A stretch of 64,000 nt of DNA from Vampirovibrionales bacterium (GCA_044348005.1 JBIKTR010000004.1:715-64714), one strand, 5' to 3'. Shown: positions 25,043 to 35,296, counted from the first letter of the stretch. Numbers and translations are program-made. The notes: generated from the letters alone by a model not told the origin.

Positions 25043-25960
25043 ATGCCCTTTCCCTTCAAAAAAATGCACGGCCTAGGCAACGACTTCATTATGATGAACG
25101 CCCGCGACTTGCCCACGCTGGATTTAAGCGCCCTACAAACGTTAGCCAAACGCGTGTGTAACCGACATTTTGGCATCGGGGCGGATGGCCTGATTGTGGC
25201 GGCCCCGCCCAGTGATGCTTCGTTGTTTGATTTGAAGTTCATCTACATCAACAGTGACGGTTCTATGGCTGAAATGTGTGGCAATGGCATTCGATGCTTT
25301 GCGCGTTATGTGATTGATGAAGGCCTATGGCCCAACAACAGCTTTCGCGCCGAAACAGGGGCCGGCTTGATTCAGCCCACCTTGCATGAAAATGGCACCG
25401 TCACCGTCAACATGGGCCTGCCGATTGTCGAAGCGTCTAGCGTGCCGTTTATTCCGCAAACCCCTTATGAAGTCGGTCAAGCCCCCGCCACCCTGAACCA
25501 TGACGGTGAAGCCCTTAGCGTGTGGCCCATTAGTATGGGCAACCCGCATGCGATTTTGTTTATGGAAGAACCGCTCAACCAGCGCCTAAACCCCGCGGTG
25601 GACGGGCATCGCATTGAAACGCACGCACAATTTCCCGCCAAAACCAACGTGGAATTTGTCACGCGTCAAAATGCCCAAACCTACCAAGTCACCGTGTGGG
25701 AACGCGGGTGTGGCTTTACGCTCGCTTGCGGAACAGGCGCCTGTGCCACGGCAGTGGCCGCCATTTCAAGTGGTCGTGCCAAATCTAGCGCCCCAGTGGA
25801 AGTTCAATTGCCGGGTGGCGCGTTGTTTATTGAATGGTCTGGCCATTATGGTTCGCCTGTTTACATGACGGGCCCTGCGGCTTACGTATGTGAAGGCGTG
25901 CTTTCCGCCGATTTTGAAGAGGTCTTTTCCCCACTTGATACGGAGCTTCATCATGCCTAA
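25043..25960 (+). CDS. dapF: diaminopimelate epimerase
   Basis: KMHGLGNDFIMM at the N-terminus. The two catalytic Cys boxes are EMCGNGIRCFA and ACGTGACA. Confidence 0.9.
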   Translation: MPFPFKKMHGLGNDFIMMNARDLPTLDLSALQTLAKRVCNRHFGIGADGLIVAAPPSDASLFDLKFIYINSDGSMAEMCGNGIRCFARYVIDEGLWPNNSFRAETGAGLIQPTLHENGTVTVNMGLPIVEASSVPFIPQTPYEVGQAPATLNHDGEALSVWPISMGNPHAILFMEEPLNQRLNPAVDGHRIETHAQFPAKTNVEFVTRQNAQTYQVTVWERGCGFTLACGTGACATAVAAISSGRAKSSAPVEVQLPGGALFIEWSGHYGSPVYMTGPAAYVCEGVLSADFEEVFSPLDTELHHA

Positions 25961-27659
25961 GTCTTTTCGTGCGAACCTTATGGTGCTTGGTTTTTGGATG
26001 CTTCTTTCAGCGCTCATCGTTATTCTACCTGCTCAAGCAAGCACGGACACCTGCACCCGATTGCCTGAAGCGGTGTTGCTCTATTTAAAAACGTTGGATC
26101 CTAACCTAAAGGTGCGTGAAGATTGTTTGGCCGTGTTGAGTCAAAAACGAAGCTATTTACCCGTGTTGCCCCAAGGAAATGATGTGGTTCAAGCCCCCAC
26201 CCAAGTGCTTGCGCAATACCCGCTAAAAAGCACTTCGCCTGATTGGGTGCAATTTGATCAAGGCTTTTACCTGCTTCGCTTGATTGAAACCGACACAGGC
26301 AAAATCACCTTTTCTCGAACCGAAACCATTCCCCCCGCTTTAAAAACAGGCTTGTTGCCCCAAAACTTCATGATGCCTGCGGGCTTTTCCATTCCTTCAG
26401 AATTGCGCATTTTGGTGGGGGATTTACCGTACGAAACCCCGCTGGCTCAAAACAGGCCTTCACCCAGTTCCCCTTCTTTAAGCCAAGGCCCGCAAGCCCT
26501 TAGCCCCTTAGAAAAAGTGACGAAAGGGTTGAGTTCTAGCAACGTGATTGTGGATCCGATCCTCTTTACGGCGTCTTTAAAAAACGGGCGATTCACCGCG
26601 TGGGACGCCATTACCTGGAAGCCCAAATGGTCACTGCCCCTTTCGTGCTTGGCCACGTCTTCAAGCACCACTCAATCTGGCGAATACGTGTATGTCAACT
26701 GTCTCAACACGGCGAAAGTCAACGTCATTGATATTAAAGCCCAGCAACGTCTCAGCGAACTTGAACTTTCTGATGTGGCCCAACAACTGATTCAGCATGC
26801 CTATTACCCCGTGGTCATTGCAACGCATCGTTATGCGGCCAAAATCACTTTTTTAGACAGCCCCCACCACTTGATTAAGAGCGTCTTAAACTTGCCGTTT
26901 GCCTTACAAGAAGTGGCCATGCACCCGAGACTTCCCTTGGCCTATGGGGTGGATACCGTGGGCAACCGTATTTTAGAAATTGATGTTCAGCAAATGAAGC
27001 TGTTGCGCCAGTTTGACTTGAAGGTGCCGTCTCATAAAATGCATGCCGTGTGGATTGATGAAAATCGTGGGCGATTTGGCACGTTTTGGATGGCCAGTCG
27101 AGACACGCAAGATCTTTACGCGATTGATTTGTTTACGGGCTCCAAAATTCACACCCTTCATTTAGCGTCGCCTCTTTCTCACATGGCCTTTGTGAAAGAT
27201 GAAAATGAAGTCCTCGCTCCTGTGTTTATTAGCCAAGGGGAATCCAACACGACACAAACCTTGTATTGGGAAAAAAACCTCCCCAAACTCACGCCAGTTC
27301 AATCCATTGAAAACGCTGATGAAAAACATTATTGGATGAGCTTTCAAGCCGGAACGCACCCCAATGAACTGCTGGGTGTAGATGCCACCAGCGAAAAAGT
27401 GTACCTGTTGGATTGGAATCCCACTACGCAGATTTTAACAGCCAAGCGCCCTGTTATTGCAGAAATTAAATCGCCTTTTTTAACACTCGTAGAATCACCC
27501 ACCCCTGAAACCCTCGCGCTGATTCAGAAAAAAGCAGAGGCCTTGGCTCCTAATGAAAGCGAAAGGGAGATTCTAACAACGTTACGTGCCCAGCCGTCGC
27601 GTCAAAACGGATTTTCACGCCTAGGGGCAATGTTGCGGTTTGCGCCCCGTGACCTATAG
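25953..27659 (+). CDS. secreted hypothetical protein, probably a beta-propeller (YVTN/YncE-like)
   Basis: The ATG at 25953 overlaps the dapF stop (ATGCCTAA) and gives the signal peptide MPKSFRANLMVLGFWMLLSALIVILPAQA. Repeated V-x-V-I-D / G-N-R-I-L-E-I-D-like blade segments are present. Confidence 0.55.
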   Translation: MPKSFRANLMVLGFWMLLSALIVILPAQASTDTCTRLPEAVLLYLKTLDPNLKVREDCLAVLSQKRSYLPVLPQGNDVVQAPTQVLAQYPLKSTSPDWVQFDQGFYLLRLIETDTGKITFSRTETIPPALKTGLLPQNFMMPAGFSIPSELRILVGDLPYETPLAQNRPSPSSPSLSQGPQALSPLEKVTKGLSSSNVIVDPILFTASLKNGRFTAWDAITWKPKWSLPLSCLATSSSTTQSGEYVYVNCLNTAKVNVIDIKAQQRLSELELSDVAQQLIQHAYYPVVIATHRYAAKITFLDSPHHLIKSVLNLPFALQEVAMHPRLPLAYGVDTVGNRILEIDVQQMKLLRQFDLKVPSHKMHAVWIDENRGRFGTFWMASRDTQDLYAIDLFTGSKIHTLHLASPLSHMAFVKDENEVLAPVFISQGESNTTQTLYWEKNLPKLTPVQSIENADEKHYWMSFQAGTHPNELLGVDATSEKVYLLDWNPTTQILTAKRPVIAEIKSPFLTLVESPTPETLALIQKKAEALAPNESEREILTTLRAQPSRQNGFSRLGAMLRFAPRDL

Positions 27660-28491
27660 AAAACCCGTAGCCCATGGGGAGTTCTAAGTCTTGACACAAC
27701 CACGCGAGTTGCTTACCTAGTGGGCGAATCGGGTCTTCTTCAATCTGTGAAAAATCGGCAAACAATAGCCCTTTGGCTCCATTAAACACGCCTGCTTGTA
27801 AAAGTTGGGTGAATTGTCTGTCCAACGTGTAATAACGTTCTTTCCAATCTTCAATAACCACAACGGCATCTTTGAAATGGGGTTGCCATGGCGTACCACA
27901 TAAGGCGGCCAGCAAACTTAAATTACCCCCACGGCTTATGCCTTCCGCGACGCCAGCGTTTAAGCAGTGGTAAGCATCTTGATTAGGGAGTTCAACGGGT
28001 AGTTCAGTAAACGTCGACGCGTCTAAAAAGCGTCGCCATTGGCCACGCGTGAACACCCCTGATTCATGCACCAAGTTGGACGTCAACATGGGGCTATAAT
28101 AACTCACCCACCCCAATTCCTGAAAAAAAGCGGTGTGCAACATCGTAATGTCACTAAAACCCATGACAAGTTTACACGCAAGATTCTCGCTTTTCCACCG
28201 CTGCCAAGGTAAAAACGGCAGTAGCCGTCCAGAACCATAGCCCCCTCTGGCACACAAAATAGCGTCAATGGTGGGGTCTTCAATGGCTTCAATAAGATCC
28301 GCGAGGCGTTGTTCATCTGTACCCGCCATGTAGCCTTCGTGTAGGTGGGCATGAGCCATCAGTTTTACATGGTACCCGCATGATTCAAGCCACGCGATGC
28401 CTTGGGTTAAATCGGCTTCCGTACTGGGGGCGGCGGGGGAAACAATGGCAATGGTGTGGCCTTTTTGAAGGGCTTTAGGCTTTTTAATCAT
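27550..28491 (-). CDS. ldcA: LD-carboxypeptidase (peptidase S66, muramoyltetrapeptide carboxypeptidase)
   Basis: IAIVSPAAP, ILCARGGYGSGRLL, the nucleophile box GFSDITMLH and C-terminal GHG. Confidence 0.8.
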   Translation of the reverse strand: MIKKPKALQKGHTIAIVSPAAPSTEADLTQGIAWLESCGYHVKLMAHAHLHEGYMAGTDEQRLADLIEAIEDPTIDAILCARGGYGSGRLLPFLPWQRWKSENLACKLVMGFSDITMLHTAFFQELGWVSYYSPMLTSNLVHESGVFTRGQWRRFLDASTFTELPVELPNQDAYHCLNAGVAEGISRGGNLSLLAALCGTPWQPHFKDAVVVIEDWKERYYTLDRQFTQLLQAGVFNGAKGLLFADFSQIEEDPIRPLGKQLAWLCQDLELPMGYGFSIGHGAQTATLPLGVKIRFDATAGHVTLLESPFRFH

Positions 28492-28515
28492 AACAGGGTG
28501 CTTTTTGCGTCCGTA

Positions 28516-29514
28516 CTACTGGATGGGGACTTCGTTGAGGTGTTGAATATCGACGTCAAAATGGACGTCCAAAATTTTGCGAGGTCTCAGGCGTTGGTTG
28601 TCCCATTGGGTGACGCCAGCGAGCTTTTGCTGATGAATGGCCAAGGCCAGCGTTTCGTTTTTAAGCAGGTTGGGCGTAAACTGTTGGGCCGTCAACACTG
28701 CCCCGTGCAACAGTCGCTCATACGATTCTTGAGAATCAAGCTGTAAAAACGGTAAAGACAAGCACTGCAAGGGATTGATCGTCAACGCCCAGGGGTTTTC
28801 AGCCTGTTTTACAGCCTCTAGCCGGTGGGACGTTTCCGCGTAAAAGCGTCCGTGGCGGGTGCGGACCAAAGCGGTCATCATGCCCACTGTGCCAAGGGAA
28901 TAGGCAATATCTCGAACCAGCGAACGAATGTAAGTGCCTGAAGAGCAGGACACCCGTATTTTAAGCTCTGGTTCCGCTTGATTCAAGTGGGCTTTAATCA
29001 ATTCTAAATGCGAAATTTCAACGGGTTTAACCGGCAGTTCTTCAAAGGGGATTCTCACCCCCGCGCGTGCATAATGGTAAAGTTTTTTACCTTTATAATG
29101 CACGGCTGAATAGCGTGGCACGCGTTGTTCAATATGGCCTGTAAAGCCTTCAAATACCCGTTCTAAAAGTTCTGGGGTAATGCCCGTTGGCACGGGGCGT
29201 TCCTTCCATACATCGCCTTCAAGATCTAAAGTGGTGGTTTCTTTGCCAAGTCGCATGCTGGCGACGTAGGTTTTGGTGTCAGGAAAGTACTCAATCAAAC
29301 GGGTGGCATTGCCAATACAAATGGGCAAAACCCCTTCAGCCATGGGATCCAACGTACCGAGATGCCCGATTTTTTTTGTGCCAAATACCTTACGCATTTG
29401 TGCCACCATGTCATGGCTCGTAGGGCCTTTGGGCTTGTAGAGGTTTAAAGTCGCAAAGGGGGTTTGGGTGAGTTGACAGGAAGTGGAGTCTTCGATTTTA
29501 GCTTCCGCAAACAT
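28516..29514 (-). CDS. truB: tRNA pseudouridine-55 synthase
   Basis: Catalytic motif GHLGTLDPMAEGVLPICIG. The ATG at 29514 with an upstream GAGGAA is preferred to the TTG at 29532. Confidence 0.85.
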   Translation of the reverse strand: MFAEAKIEDSTSCQLTQTPFATLNLYKPKGPTSHDMVAQMRKVFGTKKIGHLGTLDPMAEGVLPICIGNATRLIEYFPDTKTYVASMRLGKETTTLDLEGDVWKERPVPTGITPELLERVFEGFTGHIEQRVPRYSAVHYKGKKLYHYARAGVRIPFEELPVKPVEISHLELIKAHLNQAEPELKIRVSCSSGTYIRSLVRDIAYSLGTVGMMTALVRTRHGRFYAETSHRLEAVKQAENPWALTINPLQCLSLPFLQLDSQESYERLLHGAVLTAQQFTPNLLKNETLALAIHQQKLAGVTQWDNQRLRPRKILDVHFDVDIQHLNEVPIQ

Positions 29515-29540
29515 GGAAAGGGGTTTCCTCAATAAGTCAA

Positions 29541-29560
29541 AAGGAGCCTTATCGCTCCTT
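29541..29560 (-). terminator. weak intrinsic terminator after rpmG
   Basis: On the minus strand: AAGGAGC-GATAAG-GCTCCTT followed by TTGACTTATT. Confidence 0.35.
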
Positions 29561-29574
29561 CGGTGACTGATGAT

Positions 29575-29742
29575 TTACTTCTTTTCTTCACGATACAAAA
29601 CGTGCTTTTGCAGCGTGGGGTCATACTTACGCAGTTCTAAACGAGTCGGGTTTTTCTTTTTGTTTTTGCGAATGCTGTAGAAATGTCCGCTTTCGGTGCT
29701 TTTTAAGCGTACGGGTTGAGCACCTTTGTCATTTTTTGCCAT
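29575..29742 (-). CDS. rpmG: 50S ribosomal protein L33, Cys-less (C-) form
   Basis: [55 protein letters not shown]. It contains no cysteines and lies downstream of rpmB. Confidence 0.85.
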   Translation of the reverse strand: MAKNDKGAQPVRLKSTESGHFYSIRKNKKKNPTRLELRKYDPTLQKHVLYREEKK

Positions 29743-29781
29743 GGGGGAATACTCCAAAATAAGGGGATAGGTGAATAATAC

Positions 29782-30027
29782 TTAGTTTTTAAGGGCTGCT
29801 TCCAAGGTGGTGCCATGTGCTTTTAACGCCGCGGCCAAGCCCAATTTTGTGGCTCGCTTAATCACACGAGTACTGACTTTTAAGCGCACAAAGGCCTTGC
29901 GTTCTTCACACCAAAAACGCTTCCACTGAAGATTGGGTTCTTGACGACGGCCATGCTTTTTGTTTGAAAAGCTAATTTTGTTTGCTTTTTTGGGAGTAGC
30001 CCCAGAAACTTGACATCTTTTCGACAT
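29782..30027 (-). CDS. rpmB: 50S ribosomal protein L28
   Basis: MSKRCQVSGATPKKANKISFSNKKHGRRQEPNLQWKRFW... with a long C-terminal extension, as seen in cyanobacterial-type L28. Confidence 0.85.
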   Translation of the reverse strand: MSKRCQVSGATPKKANKISFSNKKHGRRQEPNLQWKRFWCEERKAFVRLKVSTRVIKRATKLGLAAALKAHGTTLEAALKN

Positions 30028-30177
30028 ACGTATAAATCCTTTTCATCTGTAAAATGCGTTCAATACAAGGTGATTTTAAGTATTACACGAACCATTTTAA
30101 ATCACAAGTCCCCAAAAACTTTCCTGAGTGTTAATTGATAACGAAATAGAGGCTTCTATAGCCTTTTAAAGACTTTC

Positions 30178-31185
30178 TTACAATCGTTCATACACGCGTA
30201 ACTTGGCTGAACGTGAACGGGGGTTGTGTTCTTTTTCAAGGTGGCCTGCTTCAAGGGCTTTACGGTTCACCGCCTTAAAAAGAGGGGCGCTTCCACACGT
30301 GCAAATCGGGAATTGAGGCGGGCAAATGCACCCCTGTAGCCAAGGCTTGAACTGTTGTTTGACGCGTCGATCTTCTAAAGAATGAAAGGTAATAACGGCC
30401 ACACGGCTCTTGGGTTGCATTAAATCAGGCAAGGCTTGCAACAGGGCATCTAAATGCTCTAGTTCGCCATTCACCGCCATTCGCAAGGCTTGAAAGACCC
30501 GCGTCGCTGGATGTTTTGCTTCTTTAAGGCGGCCTGATTTTTGCTTCAAACGGTAGATTCGCTCCACCAACTGGGCCAAGGTCAGGGTGTCTTGCCACGG
30601 GGTGTGGGCGCGATCTTCCACAATGGCTTTGGCAATGGGAAAAGCAAATTTTTCTTCACCGTAGTCTTCAAAAATACGGATCAATTCTTCAAATGAAGCG
30701 GTGTTGAGTACATCTGCCGCGGTGGGGGTTGTTTCATCCGTCGGGTTCATGCGCATGTCCAAAGGCCCAGAACGCATAAAGCTAAAGCCACGTTCTGCCG
30801 TGTCTAACTGAAAAGAACTCACGCCTAAGTCGAGTAACAGTCCCCCATCAATGCCAGTGATGCCTAAATCCGCCAGCGTTTGTGGGATTTGACTATAATT
30901 AGATTGCACAAAATGCGTTTGCGTGGTTTCGTTAAAGCGATCGAGTGTAGGTGCCAAGCGTTTTTGAGCCATGCCTAAGGCCTGTGTGTCTTGATCCACC
31001 CCCACCCACTGAGGCGATGTTTCGCCTAAGTCGTGCAAGCCTTCTAGCAGGGCTTGACTATGCCCGCCGAGTCCCAAGGTGCCGTCCACGTAGGTTTTAC
31101 CCACTTGCAGATTTAAACCCGCCAACACTTCAGGCAATAACACAGGCACATGCTGACTTGAAATACCCAAAGATTCTTCAGGCAC
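30178..31185 (-). CDS. rsmH: 16S rRNA (cytosine1402-N4)-methyltransferase
   Basis: HVPVLLPEVL, DGTLGLGGHS, DLGVSSFQLD and GPLDMRM motifs. Confidence 0.9.
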   Translation of the reverse strand: MPEESLGISSQHVPVLLPEVLAGLNLQVGKTYVDGTLGLGGHSQALLEGLHDLGETSPQWVGVDQDTQALGMAQKRLAPTLDRFNETTQTHFVQSNYSQIPQTLADLGITGIDGGLLLDLGVSSFQLDTAERGFSFMRSGPLDMRMNPTDETTPTAADVLNTASFEELIRIFEDYGEEKFAFPIAKAIVEDRAHTPWQDTLTLAQLVERIYRLKQKSGRLKEAKHPATRVFQALRMAVNGELEHLDALLQALPDLMQPKSRVAVITFHSLEDRRVKQQFKPWLQGCICPPQFPICTCGSAPLFKAVNRKALEAGHLEKEHNPRSRSAKLRVYERL

Positions 31186-31825
31186 TGGGCTTCATCCACT
31201 TTTTAGCGACGTGCTTCCACAGGTACGCCCCGCCCCCTAGCACCAGTAACAGCGCAATGGCGACATCAAACTTGTGCCACAACTGCTTGAATTCACTGAG
31301 GTTGTCCCCAAAAATAATGCCCACATACACCAGTAAATAGCTCCAAATCAAGGAACCGATAAACGTGTAAATCGTAAACGTCCACAGGTTGGCCCCTAAA
31401 ACGCCTGCGGGTACAGAAATAAACGTCCGTAAAATAGGCAACATTCGGCAGATGAAAAACGCCAAATCCCCAAAGCGGGCCGTCCACCGACGCGCATCCG
31501 CCAAGTCGTCTTCGTCAATTAAAATCCACTTGCTGTATTTTTTAATGAAGGCTTCCCCGCCCCATGCCCCCAGCCAATAACAGGGAAGCGAACCCACAAC
31601 GCAACCCACGGCTCCAGCCAAACTGGCCAGGTGGATGTTCATTTCACCTTGTTGCACCAAGTAACCCGCATAGGGCAAAATCATTTCACTAGGCAGGGGA
31701 ATGTTGGCCGATTCAATGGCCATGAGCAACACAATGCCTCCATAGCCTAGGGCTTTAATCACGCCATGCACCCAAAACAACAGCCCTCCAAGTACCCATT
31801 CAATGCTATGTATGAGCCAATCCAT
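31178..31825 (-). CDS. DedA family membrane protein
   Basis: YGGIVLLMAIESANIPLPSEMILPYAGYL is the DedA signature. The ATG at 31825 (MDWLIHS) follows GAAGGA; the track start at 31903 would overlap the Pit gene by 47 nt. Confidence 0.75.
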   Translation of the reverse strand: MDWLIHSIEWVLGGLLFWVHGVIKALGYGGIVLLMAIESANIPLPSEMILPYAGYLVQQGEMNIHLASLAGAVGCVVGSLPCYWLGAWGGEAFIKKYSKWILIDEDDLADARRWTARFGDLAFFICRMLPILRTFISVPAGVLGANLWTFTIYTFIGSLIWSYLLVYVGIIFGDNLSEFKQLWHKFDVAIALLLVLGGGAYLWKHVAKKWMKPSA

Positions 31826-31856
31826 GATTAAATCCTTCTTTCCTACCATTTCAACA

Positions 31857-32888
31857 CTAAAGATGAGCCTGAATCCATTTATAAGCGACGGCAATAAACC
31901 CACTCAATAAAAACGTCACAGGAATAGTCAGCAACCACGCCCAGAGAATAGAACCCACCAGCGACCACTTCACCGCACTAAGACGACGGGTTGCCCCCAC
32001 CCCCATAATGGTGGATGTTATCGCATGTGTGGTAGAAAGGGGAATCCCCCATTGACTGGCCAGCATAATCACGGTAAAAGACGTTACTTCGGCGGCAAAT
32101 CCATGAATCGGTTGTAGCTTAATCATTTTACTGCCTAGCGTGCGAATAATTTTCCATCCGCCAGACAATGTGCCCAAACCAATAGCCACCGCACAGGGAA
32201 TCACAATTTCTAAGCCGACATGAAACTCACTAGAAGGCACGCCTTTATATAAAATAATCGCCAGTGCAATGATTCCCATGCTTTTTTGCGCATCGTTCAT
32301 GCCGTGACTCAGTGCCATGGCTCCGGCAGACACAATCTGCAATTTCCCAAACACACTGTTGATTCGGTTCACCGAAATTTTGTAGACCATCCACGTCAGA
32401 AGCGTCATTAAGATATAACCCACCGTAAAGCCGATCAACGGCGAGCTAAACATGGGAATAATGACTTTGTCAATCACCTTGTGCCAATGTACGACGCTTT
32501 CACCAAAACTGCCGACCCAAAAGCAGGCCGCCCCCATGAGTGAGCCAATCAACGCGTGAGATGAAGAGGACGGCAACCCCTTCCACCACGTCACCAAGTT
32601 CCACACAATCGCCCCGATTAAAGCACATAAAATGGTTTCAAGATTAATGAGCTTGGCTTCAACAATGCCTTTACCCATGGTGGCGGCCACTTCAGTGCCC
32701 ATTAAGGCGCCTAGCAAGTTGAAAATGGCGCCAAACAACACTGCGGTTTTAGGCGTCATCACCCGTGTGGCCACGACTGTTGCAATGGCGTTGGCGGCAT
32801 CGTGAAAGCCATTGATGTAATCAAAAATTAAGGCCATGGCAATAATCACCACCAGAAGCAAAAATTGAGGATCCATTAACCATTCCAT
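31857..32888 (-). CDS. inorganic phosphate transporter, PiT family
   Basis: FDYINGFHDAANAIATVV signature in the N-terminal half, with its repeat HGMNDAQKSMG in the C-terminal half. Multi-pass membrane protein. Confidence 0.85.
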   Translation of the reverse strand: MEWLMDPQFLLLVVIIAMALIFDYINGFHDAANAIATVVATRVMTPKTAVLFGAIFNLLGALMGTEVAATMGKGIVEAKLINLETILCALIGAIVWNLVTWWKGLPSSSSHALIGSLMGAACFWVGSFGESVVHWHKVIDKVIIPMFSSPLIGFTVGYILMTLLTWMVYKISVNRINSVFGKLQIVSAGAMALSHGMNDAQKSMGIIALAIILYKGVPSSEFHVGLEIVIPCAVAIGLGTLSGGWKIIRTLGSKMIKLQPIHGFAAEVTSFTVIMLASQWGIPLSTTHAITSTIMGVGATRRLSAVKWSLVGSILWAWLLTIPVTFLLSGFIAVAYKWIQAHL

Positions 32889-32903
32889 GTGAAGGTTCCC
32901 TCA

Positions 32904-33530
32904 TTAACTGTGTTTTAAGATGATACGCAAGGCGGTGGCAGCCACATCTCGAAAGGCATCTGTGACGCCTTCAAGGCTTTGGTACAAATCTTTTCGCACA
33001 ATTAAGTTCAAGGCATCAGGCAAAGGTTCATGCTTAAACAAGGCATGTTCTAGTTCTAGGGCCACGCGATCGCCTTCATCTTCTAGTTCATATAAAAGGG
33101 TCACGATTGCTTGCAAATGACTGGCCTTGTCGTTACGGTTCAACCCTTCAATCAAAGAAACCAACAAAGCGCCTTGCTTGACGATGATTTCCGCCATGCG
33201 TTGAAAGTCCCCTTCAAGGGAATGCAAGTGGTGAATGTGCATGCGCTGTTGAATGGTGTCGATCGTGGCGCTAATGCGGTAAAGCGCTTCAGCGAGTTCT
33301 TGAACGTCTTCACGATCAAAGGGGGTAATAAAGGCTCGGCACACTTCTTCTACGAGAGTAGCGAGGGCTATTTTGGCCGCAGAACGCGCATCCGTCATGG
33401 GTTGACGCGTGGCATCGCCGTGTTGTACGTAAGCGTGCAAGCCTTCAGAACTGGCTTTGGCTTGTTTGGCCAATTCGTTAATTAGGTTGTAAAACAGGGC
33501 TTCATTGGGTAAGAAATTCAAAAACTTCAT
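32904..33530 (-). CDS. PhoU-like DUF47 protein, the usual partner of PiT transporters
   Basis: Helical protein in the conserved position upstream of pit. The ATG at 33530 (MKFLNFLP) is preferred to the track start at 33584. Confidence 0.65.
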   Translation of the reverse strand: MKFLNFLPNEALFYNLINELAKQAKASSEGLHAYVQHGDATRQPMTDARSAAKIALATLVEEVCRAFITPFDREDVQELAEALYRISATIDTIQQRMHIHHLHSLEGDFQRMAEIIVKQGALLVSLIEGLNRNDKASHLQAIVTLLYELEDEGDRVALELEHALFKHEPLPDALNLIVRKDLYQSLEGVTDAFRDVAATALRIILKHS

Positions 33531-33639
33531 AAAATGATTTGACTCCCGAAGTGATTTAAGCACACCGATCCATTTCAGATACATTTTAAAACGGTCGCTT
33601 TTAGCTTATCCAAAACAGGGTGAAATTACAATGTTTATT

Positions 33640-34866
33640 TTACAAACAAGTGTAACCGCTTAAAAGGGTTTCACCGTCCGCCAACTGAAGGCGTAAATCA
33701 GGCGAACCCACCAGGTCTTCAAGCGTTCGAACCACGGTGCCGTTTTCAGCATGGCTTAGCACACTATAGCCCCGACGCAAAATCGCAGTGGGGCTATAAG
33801 CATTCAATTCATCTTCCACACCAGCGAGCTGTTGTTCGGCTTGATTAAGTCGTACTTCTACAGCGTGCGCCAATCGTTGCGTGAAGTTGAGCAAGCTTTG
33901 TTCGGCTGTTGCCAGCTTGGGGGTGATTCGATCTAAGAGGCGTTGCCCCAGTTGAAAGGTATTTTCTTCACTCAGTAAGAGTTGACGTTCGACTTGTTCA
34001 CCCAGCCACTGGCCCGAATCCACCAGAAGTTCTTGCATTTTATAGCCATCTGGCACAAGGGTATCCGCAGCCATGGTGGGGGTGGCGGCTGAAAAATCGG
34101 CCACTGCATCTGCCAAGCCATAATCGGGTTCATGGCCAATGGCGCTGACAACAGGCAAGCGACAATCCGCGATGGCACGCACGACGGGTTCTTCGCTAAA
34201 GCAGAAAAGGTCTTCAAAGCTACCGCCTCCTCGAGCAACGATAATCGCATCGAGTTCTAAGGACTCCTCTTCTAAGGCGCGAATACCTGTGGCGATTTCT
34301 TCACTGGCCCCTTCGCCCTGCACTTTGGCGGGGTATAACACAACATCCACAAAAGGGTTTTTATGTCGAATAACCCGCATCATATCGTGAATCACGGCCC
34401 CTGTAGAAGCCGTCACAATCCCGATTCTAAAGGGAAACTCAGGCAAGGCCTGCTTGCGAGATGCGTCAAACAAGCCTTCTGCGTTAAATTGAGCCTTCAA
34501 CTGCTCATACGCCAGTTGTAGGCCCCCTAAACCGACAGGTTCGATTTTTTTGACCACCAGTGAATAGCTTCCGTTTGGGGCGTAAAGATCTAAATCACCC
34601 GTGGCGATGAGTTCCATGCCTTCTTCGAGTTTGAACTTGCTTTTGCTTGCGGTGCTGGCCCACATCACGGCGTTGATGCTTGCGGTGTCGTCTTTCAGCG
34701 TGAAGTACACATGCCCCCGACTAGAAGGCTTTAGATTAGACACTTCCCCACGCACAAGCAGGGTTCCCCCTAGAATGGGATCGGTTTTAATGGTGCGTTT
34801 TAAGTAGGCGGTGAGTTCGCTCACGCCGAAGGTTTTGGGTTCAAACTCTAGGGCAAGTTGCATCAT
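33640..34866 (-). CDS. xseA: exodeoxyribonuclease VII large subunit
   Basis: N-terminal OB fold VRGEVSNLKPSSRGHVYFTLKDDTASINAVMW, then IVARGGGSFEDL and a C-terminal coiled coil. Confidence 0.85.
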   Translation of the reverse strand: MMQLALEFEPKTFGVSELTAYLKRTIKTDPILGGTLLVRGEVSNLKPSSRGHVYFTLKDDTASINAVMWASTASKSKFKLEEGMELIATGDLDLYAPNGSYSLVVKKIEPVGLGGLQLAYEQLKAQFNAEGLFDASRKQALPEFPFRIGIVTASTGAVIHDMMRVIRHKNPFVDVVLYPAKVQGEGASEEIATGIRALEEESLELDAIIVARGGGSFEDLFCFSEEPVVRAIADCRLPVVSAIGHEPDYGLADAVADFSAATPTMAADTLVPDGYKMQELLVDSGQWLGEQVERQLLLSEENTFQLGQRLLDRITPKLATAEQSLLNFTQRLAHAVEVRLNQAEQQLAGVEDELNAYSPTAILRRGYSVLSHAENGTVVRTLEDLVGSPDLRLQLADGETLLSGYTCL

Positions 34867-35022
34867 AAGACTTCTTTTTTGTTAGTGGAAACAAACTATT
34901 TAATCAGGGTTATTTTTAAACTACATTATTTTTTAGAAAATATCTAACCTTCAGCAATCGTAGCAGAAAAGTATTTTAGTTAAAACAGTTTCAAGTCAAC
35001 TCTTTCGATTGTAAAACCACTT

Positions 35023-35051
35023 TTGACAAAACACCAGAGGTGTTGTAGAAT
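35023..35051 (+). promoter_or_regulatory. consensus sigma70 promoter upstream of the 35297-38829 gene pair
   Basis: TTGACA (35023-35028), a 17-nt spacer containing the palindrome ACACC-AGA-GGTGT, and TAGAAT (35046-35051). It lies about 240 nt before the first ATG. Confidence 0.5.
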
Positions 35052-35296
35052 AAATGCTTAATGTTTTAATTAGATTCACGTAACGTTTTTTTTCTCAAAT
35101 TCGACTCATCCCTTTCGCCGTCTTCTCTCGTTTTCGAATGTAACGACGCTTGGCACAATCCTCATTCCCCAAGGGTTTAATGCTGATGTGACTTTGAATC
35201 CTAAAACGTGTGTGAATGAGTTACATCCGTGTGCTGAAGATCTACAAGCTTCGATTCATTCATTAGGTTTTTATTATATAGGTTTTGCATAATTGT

